Counted from the stretch's first letter, positions 46,072 to 56,262 are shown. The stretch: 64,000 nt of DNA from an uncultured beta proteobacterium (GCA_903823025.1 CAIJRK010000062.1:1710-65709), one strand, 5' to 3'. A program made the numbers and translations. Notes: generated by a model not told the origin, from the letters alone.

Positions 46072-46419
46072 ATGGATTCAGACCCCTTCAAACAAGCATC
46101 AATGCAGCCGCGTGCAGCGGCCAGAAAAATGATTCGGGGTCGTGCCCGAATTTCAATAGAAGAAGGCCCCGCCATTTTTGGCAAGCTGGTGGACATCTCT
46201 CAATTCGGGATTTGTATTCTGTTTGAAAACATCATCGCCAGTCAAAAAATGTGTGTGATTGATGCTGAATTAATGCAGGGCGGCAAACGCATCACTTTTA
46301 CAGTGCACGCCATCTCCATCTACAGTATTTTGGTCAGCGACCAAGGCTTCAGAGTTGGCTTTAATTTTGGGCCACTCGACAGCACCACCGAAAAAATTAT
46401 TCATGACTTGATGACGTGA
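46072..46419 (+). CDS. Single-domain PilZ protein
   Basis: PRAAARK (RxxxR) and DISQFG (DxSxxG) c-di-GMP-binding motifs; C-terminal VGFNF. Confidence 0.82.
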   Translation: MDSDPFKQASMQPRAAARKMIRGRARISIEEGPAIFGKLVDISQFGICILFENIIASQKMCVIDAELMQGGKRITFTVHAISIYSILVSDQGFRVGFNFGPLDSTTEKIIHDLMT

Positions 46420-46535
46420 GTTCGTCAATAGATGGCTTGACTTTTTCCGTCACCGTGCTTGAGTCAAAAGCGCGCGTATTCTTTGAGTAAGACGCGTCGT
46501 CCATAATCACCCTGTCAATAACAGGGAGATCATCA

Positions 46536-48044
46536 ATGGTTGTTACCAACTCGCGCCGTTATCTAACGGCACTCGGAATCGTGCTGACTTTGTCTGGCTG
46601 CGCCAACATGAAGAGTCATGACGCACTCACAGGTCAAATGCAGGCGTCTCAAAAGACCGGCGGTGTGCCCGCTGCGCTCAAAACGCTTGAGGCCTCGGCC
46701 ACCACCGAAGATCAAAAAATCGCCCTGCTCTACAACATGGAACGCGGCGAATTACTGCGACTCGATCGCAACTACAAAGACAGCACCCAAGCCTTCTTGC
46801 TGGCCGACAACAAGGTCAAAGAATGGGAAGAAGCCACCAAGACCAATCCGCAAAAATTATGGGGAACTTTGGGTGCCGCCACCATCAGCGAGCGCCTGAA
46901 AGTTTATGAAGGTCAAGATTACGAGAAGGTCTGGTTAACGACTCGTCTGGCGTTGAACCGGGTCGCCGCAGGTGATATGGAAAACGCCCGCGTTGACATC
47001 AAACGCACCCACGAGCGCGAGGCCGTGATTGCCGAGTTCCGCGCCAAAGAAACGGCTGCGGCCGAAGAAGAGGCCAAGGCCAAAGGGGCAAGTGCTACGG
47101 GTAAGGAAATCAATGGCTACCCGGTTGAAACGCTGAACGATCCCGAGGTTCTGGCGCTTAAAAACGGCTACCAAAATGCCTTGAGTCACTACCTCGCCGG
47201 TTTCTTGTACGAAGTGATGAACGAGCCGGGCATGGCCGCACCGGGTTACCGCAAGGCCATCGAACTCAAGCCTGAAACCGGCGTGCTGGAAGAAGGTCTG
47301 CGCGGTCTTGATGACCGCACCAGCTTCACTCACAAGCGCGGCCAGCGCATGACGGATGTGCTGTTTGTAGTCGAGGCAGGTGATGCACCGTCCCGCAAGC
47401 CGAAAGCATTCACTATTCCCGTGCCCACGGGCAGAGGTTTGCGCACCGTGAGTATTTCTTACCCGACGATTGAACCTTCTACCGACCCGGTGCTGAGTAA
47501 TCTCTCGGTCGCTGGCCGTGACTTCAAGCTGGAAAAAGTAGTTGACATTAACGTGATGGCACGTCGTGCGCTTAAGGACGAGATGCCCGGTATGGTGCTT
47601 CGCGGTGTGACGCGTGCCATTGTCAAGGGTGTCATGCAAGACCAGCTAGAAAAAAATGCGGGCGTCCTGGGTCTCCTCGTTGGTACCATCGCGTCAGCGG
47701 TGACCGAGCAGGCCGATGACCGTTTGTGGCGCATGTTGCCAGGTCGGGTCTATGTGGCGCGTGGCTATTTGCCCGAAGGGGAGCACAAGGTGGCCATTAA
47801 TGGGCGTGACTTCAATATCAATGTCAAGGTCGGCGGGCAATATGCCGTCGTGCCCTTACGCCTGTATGAGCAAAATGCGATTGTTGGCGATGTCGGAAAC
47901 TTTGGTTTTCTTGCCGCGCCGTTGTTGGCTGTAGCCGAAGAAGCTAAACCTGTTGCCGCACCCGCTAAAACATCAAATGCCAGGGTCAAAACGACCGTCA
48001 AGAAACCACCAACAAAGTCGGTTTCCTCTGCTACCGCTCCATGA
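46536..48044 (+). CDS. Outer-membrane lipoprotein, COG3014-like
   Basis: Lipobox LTLSGC; YEGQDYEKV, WRMLPG. First gene of a four-gene envelope operon. Confidence 0.7.
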   Translation: MVVTNSRRYLTALGIVLTLSGCANMKSHDALTGQMQASQKTGGVPAALKTLEASATTEDQKIALLYNMERGELLRLDRNYKDSTQAFLLADNKVKEWEEATKTNPQKLWGTLGAATISERLKVYEGQDYEKVWLTTRLALNRVAAGDMENARVDIKRTHEREAVIAEFRAKETAAAEEEAKAKGASATGKEINGYPVETLNDPEVLALKNGYQNALSHYLAGFLYEVMNEPGMAAPGYRKAIELKPETGVLEEGLRGLDDRTSFTHKRGQRMTDVLFVVEAGDAPSRKPKAFTIPVPTGRGLRTVSISYPTIEPSTDPVLSNLSVAGRDFKLEKVVDINVMARRALKDEMPGMVLRGVTRAIVKGVMQDQLEKNAGVLGLLVGTIASAVTEQADDRLWRMLPGRVYVARGYLPEGEHKVAINGRDFNINVKVGGQYAVVPLRLYEQNAIVGDVGNFGFLAAPLLAVAEEAKPVAAPAKTSNARVKTTVKKPPTKSVSSATAP

Positions 48045-48457
48045 CCCCTTCTCAAAAAATTAAAACGATGAATACTGCAAAAAAACTACTGCTAGCGCTG
48101 GTCACCACGCTGGCATTCAACGCCCAAACGCACGCCCAACAAGACCCTGGCACACCGTTCTCTGTCGCTGCCAAAGTGGTGCTGCGCGGCGATGCCTATG
48201 GTGTTCGTATTCCTGAAATGCGGGTGGTTAGGCGCAACGATATTTTGATTGTTCAGGCTGATCTGGCCAATATGGGTAACTCCGACCGGACAGTGTTCTA
48301 CCGTTTTCGCTGGCTTGACAGCATCGGTAGTCAAGTGGGCGATGGCGAGTCCTGGAAGCAACTCGGCTTATTGGGCCAAGCCCAGCAAACCATTAAAAGC
48401 GTGGCGCCATCGTCGGTCGTCACCGATTTCCGCCTCGAAATGAATGTGGAGCGCTGA
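48041..48457 (+). CDS. YcfL/DUF1425-like periplasmic protein
   Basis: Signal peptide; VFYRFRWLD...G pattern; immediately upstream of lpoB, as ycfL precedes ycfM/lpoB. Confidence 0.75.
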   Translation: MTPSQKIKTMNTAKKLLLALVTTLAFNAQTHAQQDPGTPFSVAAKVVLRGDAYGVRIPEMRVVRRNDILIVQADLANMGNSDRTVFYRFRWLDSIGSQVGDGESWKQLGLLGQAQQTIKSVAPSSVVTDFRLEMNVER

Positions 48458-48517
48458 GTTCATCTCACCGCGCCGCCGACACACGCCTACCCTTAAAAAT
48501 TTTAACGAGAACTATCA

Positions 48518-49117
48518 ATGTCCCGACTCATCACTTCTACACTTCTACTATGCGCCGCTTTAGGCCTCTCGGCGTGCCAATCCCTCTCCTCGCCGGTCGT
48601 CCGGCTGGACCGTCAAGTGAACTACGGCGATGCCAAAGCCGTTGAACTCGTCACCAACGAATTCGGTTCTACGGACCTGCAAATGATTGCCGAAAAAATG
48701 GTCGGTAGTCTGCTGGAAACCGGCATCTTTCAAGGTCGCCCCACCGTCACTATTTCTACGGTCAAGAACAAGACCAGCGAGTACATCGACACCACCAACG
48801 TGATGAACTCGATTCAGACCACGCTGGTGAAGTCGGGCAAGGTGCGCTTTGTTCGCTCGATTGCTGAAATGCAGCAAGGCGTTGACGAACTGCAACGCCA
48901 AAACCAAAGCGGCCTCTACAAGCAAACCAGCACCGCCAAAGTCGGCAATATGAAAGCGGCCAAATACACGCTGGAAGGCGAGCTGACCAGCATCGTCAAA
49001 CAAAGTTCTACGACCAAAGATGTGTTCTACAAATTCACACTCAAGATGATTGATGTGGAAGAAGGCATCATCGAATGGCAGGATGAGAAAGAAATTAGAA
49101 AATCCAGCAAACGCTGA
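48518..49117 (+). CDS. lpoB: Penicillin-binding protein activator LpoB
   Basis: Lipobox LGLSAC; EFGSTDLQMIAEKMV, VKNKTSEYIDT, GIIEWQDEKEIRK. Confidence 0.85.
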   Translation: MSRLITSTLLLCAALGLSACQSLSSPVVRLDRQVNYGDAKAVELVTNEFGSTDLQMIAEKMVGSLLETGIFQGRPTVTISTVKNKTSEYIDTTNVMNSIQTTLVKSGKVRFVRSIAEMQQGVDELQRQNQSGLYKQTSTAKVGNMKAAKYTLEGELTSIVKQSSTTKDVFYKFTLKMIDVEEGIIEWQDEKEIRKSSKR

Positions 49118-49131
49118 ATCGGGAACGCCTC

Positions 49132-50028
49132 ATGAAAAGACGCACTTTTATTCCTACGTTCTCGGTGTTGGCCCTGTCCCTCGGCTTGTTATCTACCGCG
49201 CAGGCGCAACCTTTGCCGCGCATTGCCGTGACTGATCTGGCCTATACCCAAGCGGTCTCTCAATACTTTGAAGCGGCCACCTTCAAAGAAAGCGCCCACA
49301 TCCAGGCCAACCGCTACAGCGCATCGGGCAGCTACCAAGCCAGCGGCACCTATGTGGCGGGCAGCTACAGCTATCTGGAGCAACGCGAGCTTGGGTCGTT
49401 CACCAACGACATCAAGGGCCTCTTGCTCAAGGGCACGGCGTTCCGGCTGGTTCAGGGCAAAGGCTTTGATGAGGGCAACCCCCAGCCAACCAAAGCCGAG
49501 CAAGCACTCAACCAAATTCAAACCGGAAAAATGGCCAAACCGGTGCGCCAACCCGAGGTGAAGGACATCATCGCCCGCATCAAAAAAGGCGAGTTCAGCG
49601 GCGCTGACTATGTGTTGTTTGGCACCTTGTCGCACATTGAATTCAGCGACCAGTTCTCGCCCTTGCAAGGCACCACCAGCGCCACGATGCAGTATGGCTT
49701 GGACTTGCTGGCTGACTTCACGCTGATCAACACTAAGACCTTTGAAATCAAGGCGGCTTTCTCGGCACAAGGCGCTGGCAACGACACCAAGTTGCTGTCC
49801 AACCGGGGCGATATTCAGCCGCCTAACCGGGTCAAGGTGATGCGTGAAACCTCGAAAAGTCTGGCGTTGGATGTCTATGAGCAATTTGTCTCACAACTGG
49901 GTTACTCCGATCCCAACATGGCGCGAGGCGTGCGCGATGAGGTTCAGATGATGCCCGGACAAGACAGGCCGATGCATCATCAAAGGCCGCAAGTTCAGCC
50001 GACTGAACAGGTGATGATTCTGAGATAA
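49132..50028 (+). CDS. Exported LpoB/CsgG-fold-like protein
   Basis: Signal peptide, PRIAVTDL, GADYVLFGTL, LINTKTFEIKAAF. The fold call is inference. Confidence 0.6.
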   Translation: MKRRTFIPTFSVLALSLGLLSTAQAQPLPRIAVTDLAYTQAVSQYFEAATFKESAHIQANRYSASGSYQASGTYVAGSYSYLEQRELGSFTNDIKGLLLKGTAFRLVQGKGFDEGNPQPTKAEQALNQIQTGKMAKPVRQPEVKDIIARIKKGEFSGADYVLFGTLSHIEFSDQFSPLQGTTSATMQYGLDLLADFTLINTKTFEIKAAFSAQGAGNDTKLLSNRGDIQPPNRVKVMRETSKSLALDVYEQFVSQLGYSDPNMARGVRDEVQMMPGQDRPMHHQRPQVQPTEQVMILR

Positions 50029-50086
50029 CGCGGGTGTTCAACATCGTTCGATAGCTTCAACGCAACCCGTTCGTCACCTCCTACAA

Positions 50087-51064
50087 ATGCGCTGGCATTG
50101 CTTGGTGTTGAGGCTGGCGGCGGGCTTGTTGAGCGCAAGTGCGGCAATGCAAGCCGCATCCGGCACGCTCAAAACCACAACGCCAGCGCTGCCCGCCGGC
50201 TGGTCGCTAGAGGCCTTGCCCGGTGCCCACGCGGGTGTCGAGCTAATCGTTCTCAAACGTGCGGCTTTAACCCCGCCGACACGTTATCGGGTGGTGGTGG
50301 TGCCGGGTTCGGGTTGCACCGGCTGGTTGCCTGTGGCGCCGCGCTATTTTGCCGGACTGCTGCACGCCGAGTTGTTGGTGCTGCACAAGCCAAACGTCCA
50401 TATTGGCGCGGGCTTGGCGGCTGATTGCCCGGCGGATTTTGTTCAAAATGACAGGCTATCTTTTTGGCGCAATCACGCACGGGCAGCATTGCACAGCGCG
50501 AACAATATCCGTTTTCAGCCGCCCGGTCCCAAGCTCCCGGTGCTGCTGGTGGGCATTTCCGAAGGTGCTGAACTCTTGCCCGACCTGGCCCCTGAAGTGG
50601 CTGATCTGGCTGGCGTGGTGATGATTTCTGCGCCCGGACTTAATCCCCGCGAAGCCGGTGAACTGCAAGCCCAACGGCTGGGTCAATGGCCCGCATGGCA
50701 GGCGCTGGCCCATGCCCAAGCCTCAGACGCCAGCGACGACACTGGGTTAGAAGGTCGCACGCTGGGGTATTGGCGCGACTTTTGGGACTGGCAACTTGAG
50801 CAGCCTTTGTTGGACGCGCCTTGGCCGTTACTGCGTGTTTGGGGCGATGCCGATGGGCAGGTTTCCGCGACGGCTTATCAGCGTTTTAAGCAGTCATCCC
50901 AAACCCGTTCTGCCCCGTTTTGCGACCTGCGTTTGCCCGGTGCAGACCACGGTTTGCAGATTAAACAACCCGCTCCCCGCGATGGGCTGCAGTGGTTGTG
51001 GGCGAGGCTTGAAGTGTGGGCGCGCCACCCGAAGGCCGGTTTCTGCGAACAGGTGCTGCCTTGA
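50087..51064 (+). CDS. Secreted alpha/beta hydrolase
   Basis: Signal peptide; VGISEG (GxSxG), WGDAD, LPGADHG. Confidence 0.75.
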   Translation: MRWHCLVLRLAAGLLSASAAMQAASGTLKTTTPALPAGWSLEALPGAHAGVELIVLKRAALTPPTRYRVVVVPGSGCTGWLPVAPRYFAGLLHAELLVLHKPNVHIGAGLAADCPADFVQNDRLSFWRNHARAALHSANNIRFQPPGPKLPVLLVGISEGAELLPDLAPEVADLAGVVMISAPGLNPREAGELQAQRLGQWPAWQALAHAQASDASDDTGLEGRTLGYWRDFWDWQLEQPLLDAPWPLLRVWGDADGQVSATAYQRFKQSSQTRSAPFCDLRLPGADHGLQIKQPAPRDGLQWLWARLEVWARHPKAGFCEQVLP

Positions 51065-51104
51065 TGACTCGCCGGACTTCAGACGGTCAAAAGACCTCTC
51101 GTGC

Positions 51105-51923
51105 TTATCCCTGAAACCGCTTGCGCGTCAACGCCAACGCCAACCAAAACCCGCTCACGGTGTAGGCCACCAGCACCAGCACATGCCGCAGCGCATGGTC
51201 GGGCCACTGGTCCATAAACAGGGGTCGCACCAACTCCACCGCGTTGGTCAGCGGTAGCCATTCCGAGATGGCGCGCACAAAAGGCGGCAGTTGTTCCAGC
51301 GGAAAAAAGACGCCGCTCAAGAACATCATGGGCGTGAGAAACAGCGTGAAATAGTAGGTAAAAAAGTCATAGCCTTTGGCCAGCGCGTTAAAGATCAGCG
51401 CCAGGCAACTGAAGGTGATGCCCACGCCCAACAGCACCGGCCACGCCACCAACAACTTAGGCGAATAACTGATGCCCAGCACCAGCATCACGCCCAGAAT
51501 TGCGGTTACGGTGAACAGCGCCTTGAACGCGGCCCACAGCATTTCGGCTAGCACCACGTCGTCCAGATTGACGGGTGCGTTCATGATGCCGTCCCACGTT
51601 TTTTGGACGTGCATCCGTGAAAACGCAGAGTACAAGGCCTCAAAAGAGGCCGCCTGCATGGCGCTCATACAGATTGAGCCGCTGGCTAAAAACAAGATGT
51701 AGGGCACCTTCACATCGCCCTGCGGCCCCGGCAGCGTGATTTGCCCGACCAGCGCGCCCATGCCGTAACCAAAGGCCAGCAGCCACATCAGCGGCTCGGC
51801 AATATTGCCCACCAAACTGGGAATTGCCAGCTTGCGCCACACCAGCAGGTTGCGCAAAAAAACAGGCCAAAAGCGCATCGACAATTCCGGTGTGCGCCAG
51901 ATGTTTTGTGTTTTATTTGTCAT
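51105..51923 (-). CDS. nodJ: ABC-2 permease, NodJ-like
   Basis: VFLRNLLVWRKLA, FEALYSAFSRMHVQKTWDGIM, PMMFLSGVFFP. Confidence 0.8.
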   Translation of the reverse strand: MTNKTQNIWRTPELSMRFWPVFLRNLLVWRKLAIPSLVGNIAEPLMWLLAFGYGMGALVGQITLPGPQGDVKVPYILFLASGSICMSAMQAASFEALYSAFSRMHVQKTWDGIMNAPVNLDDVVLAEMLWAAFKALFTVTAILGVMLVLGISYSPKLLVAWPVLLGVGITFSCLALIFNALAKGYDFFTYYFTLFLTPMMFLSGVFFPLEQLPPFVRAISEWLPLTNAVELVRPLFMDQWPDHALRHVLVLVAYTVSGFWLALALTRKRFQG

Positions 51924-51938
51924 AGTTTGAGCTGCCTA

Positions 51939-52862
51939 TCAGGCGTCCTCTCTGATTTGGCGACCGGTGAGTTTGAGGAATAAATCCTCCAGATTGGCAG
52001 GCCGGTGCAGGGTGCGCAATTGCGGATAAGCCGCCAGCGCTTGCAGCAGCGGTTTGGCGTCTTGCGTGTAGAAAAACACGGTTTCGCCGCTCACCTCCAC
52101 ACGGGTGGCCAGCGCTTTCAGCGTTGCATCCACCAAGGCCAACGCGCCAGTGCCATAGACCTCCACCACGTCAGGCTCCAGATATTTGGCGATTAAATCA
52201 CGCGGCGCGCCTTCGGCAATCTTTTTACCGTGGTCGAGCACCAGCAAGCGTGTGCACAGACGCTCGGCCTCGTCCATAAAGTGCGTGGTCAGCAAGATCG
52301 ACTTGCCTTCTTGCAACAACAATTGCAGGCGCTCCCACATCAGGTGGCGCGCCTGCGGATCGAGTCCGGTAGTCGGCTCGTCCAGCAACAAAAGCCGGGG
52401 ATTGTTGACCAGCGCCCGGGCCAAACTCAGGCGCCGCTTCATGCCGCCGGAGAGTTCACCCGGCTTGGCGTTCGCCTTGTTTGTCAGCGACGCGAACTCC
52501 AGTAGCGCCGGAATGCGTTCTCTAATTTGCGCGCTTTTCATACCAAAGTAACGGCCATACACCAGCAGGTTTTCGGCACAACTGAAGTCGGGGTCGAGCG
52601 TGTCCATTTGCGTCACCACGCCCAACTGTGCCTTGATGGCCAGCGCATCCGCAGGCATCTGCAGCCCAAAGGCGGTGATGGTGCCCGCGTCCGGCACGCT
52701 CAGACCCAGACACATACGAATGGTGGTGGTTTTGCCCGCGCCATTAGGGCCAATCACGCCCAGACATTCGCCCGGCTGGATGGTGAACGAGAGGTCATCG
52801 ATCACCGTGCTGTCGCCATAACATTTGCGCAAATTCTGCACCGATAAAATTGAAGATTCCAT
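51939..52862 (-). CDS. nodI: ABC ATP-binding protein, NodI-like
   Basis: [59 protein letters not shown]. Confidence 0.8.
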   Translation of the reverse strand: MESSILSVQNLRKCYGDSTVIDDLSFTIQPGECLGVIGPNGAGKTTTIRMCLGLSVPDAGTITAFGLQMPADALAIKAQLGVVTQMDTLDPDFSCAENLLVYGRYFGMKSAQIRERIPALLEFASLTNKANAKPGELSGGMKRRLSLARALVNNPRLLLLDEPTTGLDPQARHLMWERLQLLLQEGKSILLTTHFMDEAERLCTRLLVLDHGKKIAEGAPRDLIAKYLEPDVVEVYGTGALALVDATLKALATRVEVSGETVFFYTQDAKPLLQALAAYPQLRTLHRPANLEDLFLKLTGRQIREDA

Positions 52863-52949
52863 GGCTGGATTGTGACTCAGGCCTTAAACCCTGCCCCGCA
52901 ACTCTGTCATTTTCTAACCCTTTTTTGGACGCGGCAACGCGCTTTTTTC

Positions 52950-54176
52950 ATGACCCCCATCGGCACCCCTCTTTCTCCCCACGCCAGCAAAGTCATGCTG
53001 CTGGGTTCTGGTGAACTAGGCAAAGAAGTCCTGATTGCGCTGCAGCGTCTGGGCGTGGAAACCATCGCTGTGGACCGTTACGACAACGCGCCCGGTCAGC
53101 AAGTGGCACACCACGCCCGCACCCTCACGATGAGCGACCCGGCGCAACTTAAAGCCTTGATTGAGCAAGACCAACCCCACTTGGTGGTGCCCGAAATCGA
53201 GGCCATCGCCACGCCCATGCTCGAAGAACTGGAAGCCGCTGGCGTGGTGCGCGTCGTCCCCACCGCCCGCGCCGCCCGCCTGACCATGGACCGCGAAGGC
53301 ATCCGCCGCCTGGCCGCCGAAACCTTGGGCCAGCCCACCAGCCCCTACCAGTTTTGCGACTCGCTGGTCGAATTGCAAGCCGCCATTGACCAAGGCATCG
53401 GCTACCCCTGCGTCGTCAAACCGGTGATGAGTTCGTCGGGCAAAGGCCAAAGCAAAATCGACGGCCCCGCCGATGTGCAAAAAGCCTGGGACTACGCCAT
53501 GGCCGGTGGCCGCGTGAACCGGGGCCGCGTCATCGTGGAAGGCTTCATCGACTTTGACTACGAAATCACGCTGCTCACGGTGCGCGCGCGAGGTGCCGAG
53601 GGTCAGATTGAAACCCATTTTTGCGAACCGATTGGTCACATCCAAGTCAACGGCGACTATGTAGAAAGCTGGCAGCCGCACCCGATGCCCGCAGCGGCGT
53701 TGGAACTGTCACGCCACATCGCCAAAACCGTGACCGACGACCTCGGCATGGGTTTGGACGGCCAGCCGTCCGGGCTGGGTTTGTATGGCGTGGAACTGTT
53801 CGTCAAAGGCGACCAAGTGTGGTTCAGCGAAGTCAGCCCGCGTCCGCATGACACCGGTCTGGTGACGCTCACGACGCAACATCAAAGCGAGTTTGAGTTG
53901 CACGCCCGCGCCATTTTGGGCCTGCCCGTCAACACCGCGCTACGCAGTCCGGGTGCCAGTGCCGTGATTTACGGCGGTGTGGATGCGCAAGGCGTGGTGT
54001 TCGACGGTGTGGCCGAAGCGCTGCGCGTGCCCAACACCGACCTGCGTTTGTTCGGCAAGCCCGAGAGTTTTGTGAAACGCCGCATGGGCGTAGCGCTGGC
54101 GTTTGATGCGGATGTAGAAGTGGCGCGAGTCAACGCGAAGCTGGCGGCATCCAAGGTGAAACCTCGGGTGGTTTGA
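52950..54176 (+). CDS. purT: Formate-dependent phosphoribosylglycinamide formyltransferase
   Basis: [53 protein letters not shown]...RRMGVALA. Start set to ATG 52950. Confidence 0.95.
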   Translation: MTPIGTPLSPHASKVMLLGSGELGKEVLIALQRLGVETIAVDRYDNAPGQQVAHHARTLTMSDPAQLKALIEQDQPHLVVPEIEAIATPMLEELEAAGVVRVVPTARAARLTMDREGIRRLAAETLGQPTSPYQFCDSLVELQAAIDQGIGYPCVVKPVMSSSGKGQSKIDGPADVQKAWDYAMAGGRVNRGRVIVEGFIDFDYEITLLTVRARGAEGQIETHFCEPIGHIQVNGDYVESWQPHPMPAAALELSRHIAKTVTDDLGMGLDGQPSGLGLYGVELFVKGDQVWFSEVSPRPHDTGLVTLTTQHQSEFELHARAILGLPVNTALRSPGASAVIYGGVDAQGVVFDGVAEALRVPNTDLRLFGKPESFVKRRMGVALAFDADVEVARVNAKLAASKVKPRVV

Positions 54177-54262
54177 GGACGTAGGAGTGGACATATTTCA
54201 AATATTTGCATAACTTCTCCAGCTGTGTACTTGTTGTAAGCCCTGTTTGAAACATATTGCTT

Positions 54263-54470
54263 ATGAACAAAGTCGCCTTGAACCTCAACTTCAACGTAAA
54301 GAAAACCCGCAAGCAAGTGTTCCTGCAACAGATGGATCAAGTGGTCCATGGGCTGCGCTGGTTTAACTCATCGCCCCGTAGTGTCCCAAAGGTCGTACCG
54401 ACAGGCCATACTTTTCCTTGTTGACGATGCTGTACATCCACTTCCTGCAGCAATAGTTCACGCGATCTAA
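54263..54470 (+). pseudogene. Degraded IS5-group transposase, 5' part
   Basis: MNKVALNLNFNVKKTRKQVFLQQMDQVV, frameshift, WAALV*LIAP*CPKGRTDRP...MLYIHFLQQ*F. Resembles IS5 KTRKREFLxEMExVVPW...MLRIHFLQQWF with stops. Confidence 0.8.
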
Positions 54471-54571
54471 CTTGTGGATGATGCGCAGCAAATTAATGGG
54501 AGCCGGGCATGCGTGTACCCGAAAACAGGGAAGTGTTTCTTCATTGAGGAATACCGATTTCGCTGCACAAC

Positions 54572-54931
54572 GGCGTTGTTGAACAAATCAGAAATTGGCT
54601 AAAGCGCCCCCGGTTTTCAACTCTTTTTAGATTTTTACCGACACGGGTATCCATAGGCTGGTCATCATGTTCAGTGTACTGCGCAAGTCGTAGTCGGTTT
54701 TCTTTTGCCAGCTGATTCACCTGGCCTCTTTAATGGCGCGGATGTGCCCGTCACGTTGCGTGTCTCCTGCAGCTGAACGCACGGTTGTTTTGTGCGTTGG
54801 CACGACCACTTGGGCCTCTGGCTGTTGGGTCAATACGGCATTGGCTACCGGTTCTCCATCGTAGGCGCCATCGTCCATGAAGGTCTCAAACGGAGTGTCA
54901 ATTTTCGTCTTTTGATTTATTCAACAAGATC
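54572..54931 (-). mobile_element. Internally deleted IS903-group (IS5 family) element retaining both terminal inverted repeats
   Basis: GGCGTTGTTGAACAAATC (54572-54589) and GATTTATTCAACAA (54914-54927) resemble the IS903 IR GGCTTTGTTGAATAAATC. Between them the minus strand reads DDGAYDG...TQRDGHI...SWQKKTDY...LNMMTSLWIPVSVKI* with an in-frame stop. Confidence 0.75.
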
Positions 54932-55092
54932 GATAGGCTAACCGCTTGCTTACGTTATTATTAGCGACTTGTTACAAACTAATACTATGCAGTAGAAGCT
55001 GTGTTCTCCAATGAAGAGACACGTTAGCGATTTACTTCCCTCGTTGGAGAGTGTGTAACAGCAGTTATTAAAAAATTCAAGGAGGATTTATT

Positions 55093-56262
55093 TTGAGTTC
55101 AGTTGTTACACAGCCCATGTACTTTGATACGGCATCAACAACTCAGATTGCTCAAGAGGTGCTTGACGAAATGGTTGCTTGCCTTAGTTCTAATGGATGT
55201 CATGGCAATCCTTCGTCGCTCATGCACCAGCCTGGTCGTGCTGCTGCGGCGGTAGTTGCTGCAGCGCGCAAGCAGATGGCCGCTGAGTTGGGCTGTGAGG
55301 CTGGAGAAATTTTGTTTACCTCAGGCGCTACCGAGGCAAACAACCTCGCAATTCAAGGTGTAGCGCTCGCGCATGCAGAACAAGGTCGCCACCTGATCAC
55401 GTCGAAAATAGAGCACAAATCTGTCCTTGAAACATGTCAAGCGTTAGAGCGACAAGGATTTGATGTGACCTATTTGACGCCTAATCGTGCGGGATGGATT
55501 GAGCTAGAAGATGTGAAGAATGCCTTGCGAACGGATACCTTGCTCGTCTCGTTAATGCACACTAACAATGAAACCGGTATTCAGCAACCGTTGGAGGCTG
55601 TGGCCGACTTGATAGCGAATGCTGGAGTACTTTTTCATGTTGATGCATCACAGGCTGCTGGCAAGTTTCGTATTGATCTCAATAGTATCCCCATTGATTT
55701 ACTATCGATTTCCGCACACAAATTTCACGGTCCCAAAGGTGCAGGATGTCTGTTTATCCGCAACCGGAGGCGATTAAAAATTCAGCCACTTGTCTTTGGT
55801 GGAGGACAAGAGTTTGGGCTGCGCTCTGGCACACTGGCAACCCACCAAATTGTTGGTTTGAGTGAAGCGATGCATCTTGCCGCATCTCGACGAGATGCTG
55901 ATTTTTTTCATGTCGTAGAACTAAAAAGTTTTTTCTTAGAGCGGCTTGCAATGCAGATCAAGATCAAGATTCATGGTGATCCACGATGCTGCTCACCCTA
56001 TCTCGTCAATATATCTATCGCTGGGATCAGCAGCGATGCACTGATTAATCAACTTTTAAACGATGTTGCCATCTCGTCTGGGGCAGCCTGTTCATCCGGA
56101 ACGATTGACTCTTCATACGTATTGCGGGCGATGGGCATAGATGGTGATGATTTGTATGGCGCGGTAAGGATAGGTTTTAGTCGATACCACACAATTTCCG
56201 ACGTTCTGAAGGCAGCACAACACATAGTTTCTGCTGTACATCGCATGCAAGAATTGGATTAG
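55093..56262 (+). CDS. sspA: IscS/DndA-type cysteine desulfurase of the PT system (SspA)
   Basis: YFDTASTT, FTSGATEANN, SAHKFHGPKG (PLP Lys), LRSGT, SSGAACSSG (catalytic Cys); TTG start after GGAGG; heads the DUF4007-ATPase-PAPS reductase operon. Confidence 0.85.
   Translation: MSSVVTQPMYFDTASTTQIAQEVLDEMVACLSSNGCHGNPSSLMHQPGRAAAAVVAAARKQMAAELGCEAGEILFTSGATEANNLAIQGVALAHAEQGRHLITSKIEHKSVLETCQALERQGFDVTYLTPNRAGWIELEDVKNALRTDTLLVSLMHTNNETGIQQPLEAVADLIANAGVLFHVDASQAAGKFRIDLNSIPIDLLSISAHKFHGPKGAGCLFIRNRRRLKIQPLVFGGGQEFGLRSGTLATHQIVGLSEAMHLAASRRDADFFHVVELKSFFLERLAMQIKIKIHGDPRCCSPYLVNISIAGISSDALINQLLNDVAISSGAACSSGTIDSSYVLRAMGIDGDDLYGAVRIGFSRYHTISDVLKAAQHIVSAVHRMQELD

Noticed and set aside
50074-50082. 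TCACCTCCT, the 16S anti-Shine-Dalgarno sequence, or a strong minus-strand RBS
   Set aside because: Only 9 nt with no rRNA context; minus-strand starts at suitable spacing give only very short frames.
51105-52862. nodIJ as evidence of nodulation ability
   Set aside because: No nodABC or nod box in the window; NodIJ-like exporters occur widely in non-nodulating betaproteobacteria.
53969-54349. 126-aa minus-strand ORF
   Set aside because: It is the antisense of the purT end plus the IS5 remnant.
55005-55072. Imperfect long hairpin upstream of sspA (TCTCCAATGA / TCGTTGGAGA)
   Set aside because: Arms are short and interrupted; with no covariation or family match it cannot be told apart from chance in AT-rich DNA.
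54177-55092. tRNA gene or att-site direct repeat at the island boundary
   Set aside because: No cloverleaf or T-loop motif and no integrase seen; the boundary is marked only by IS remnants.
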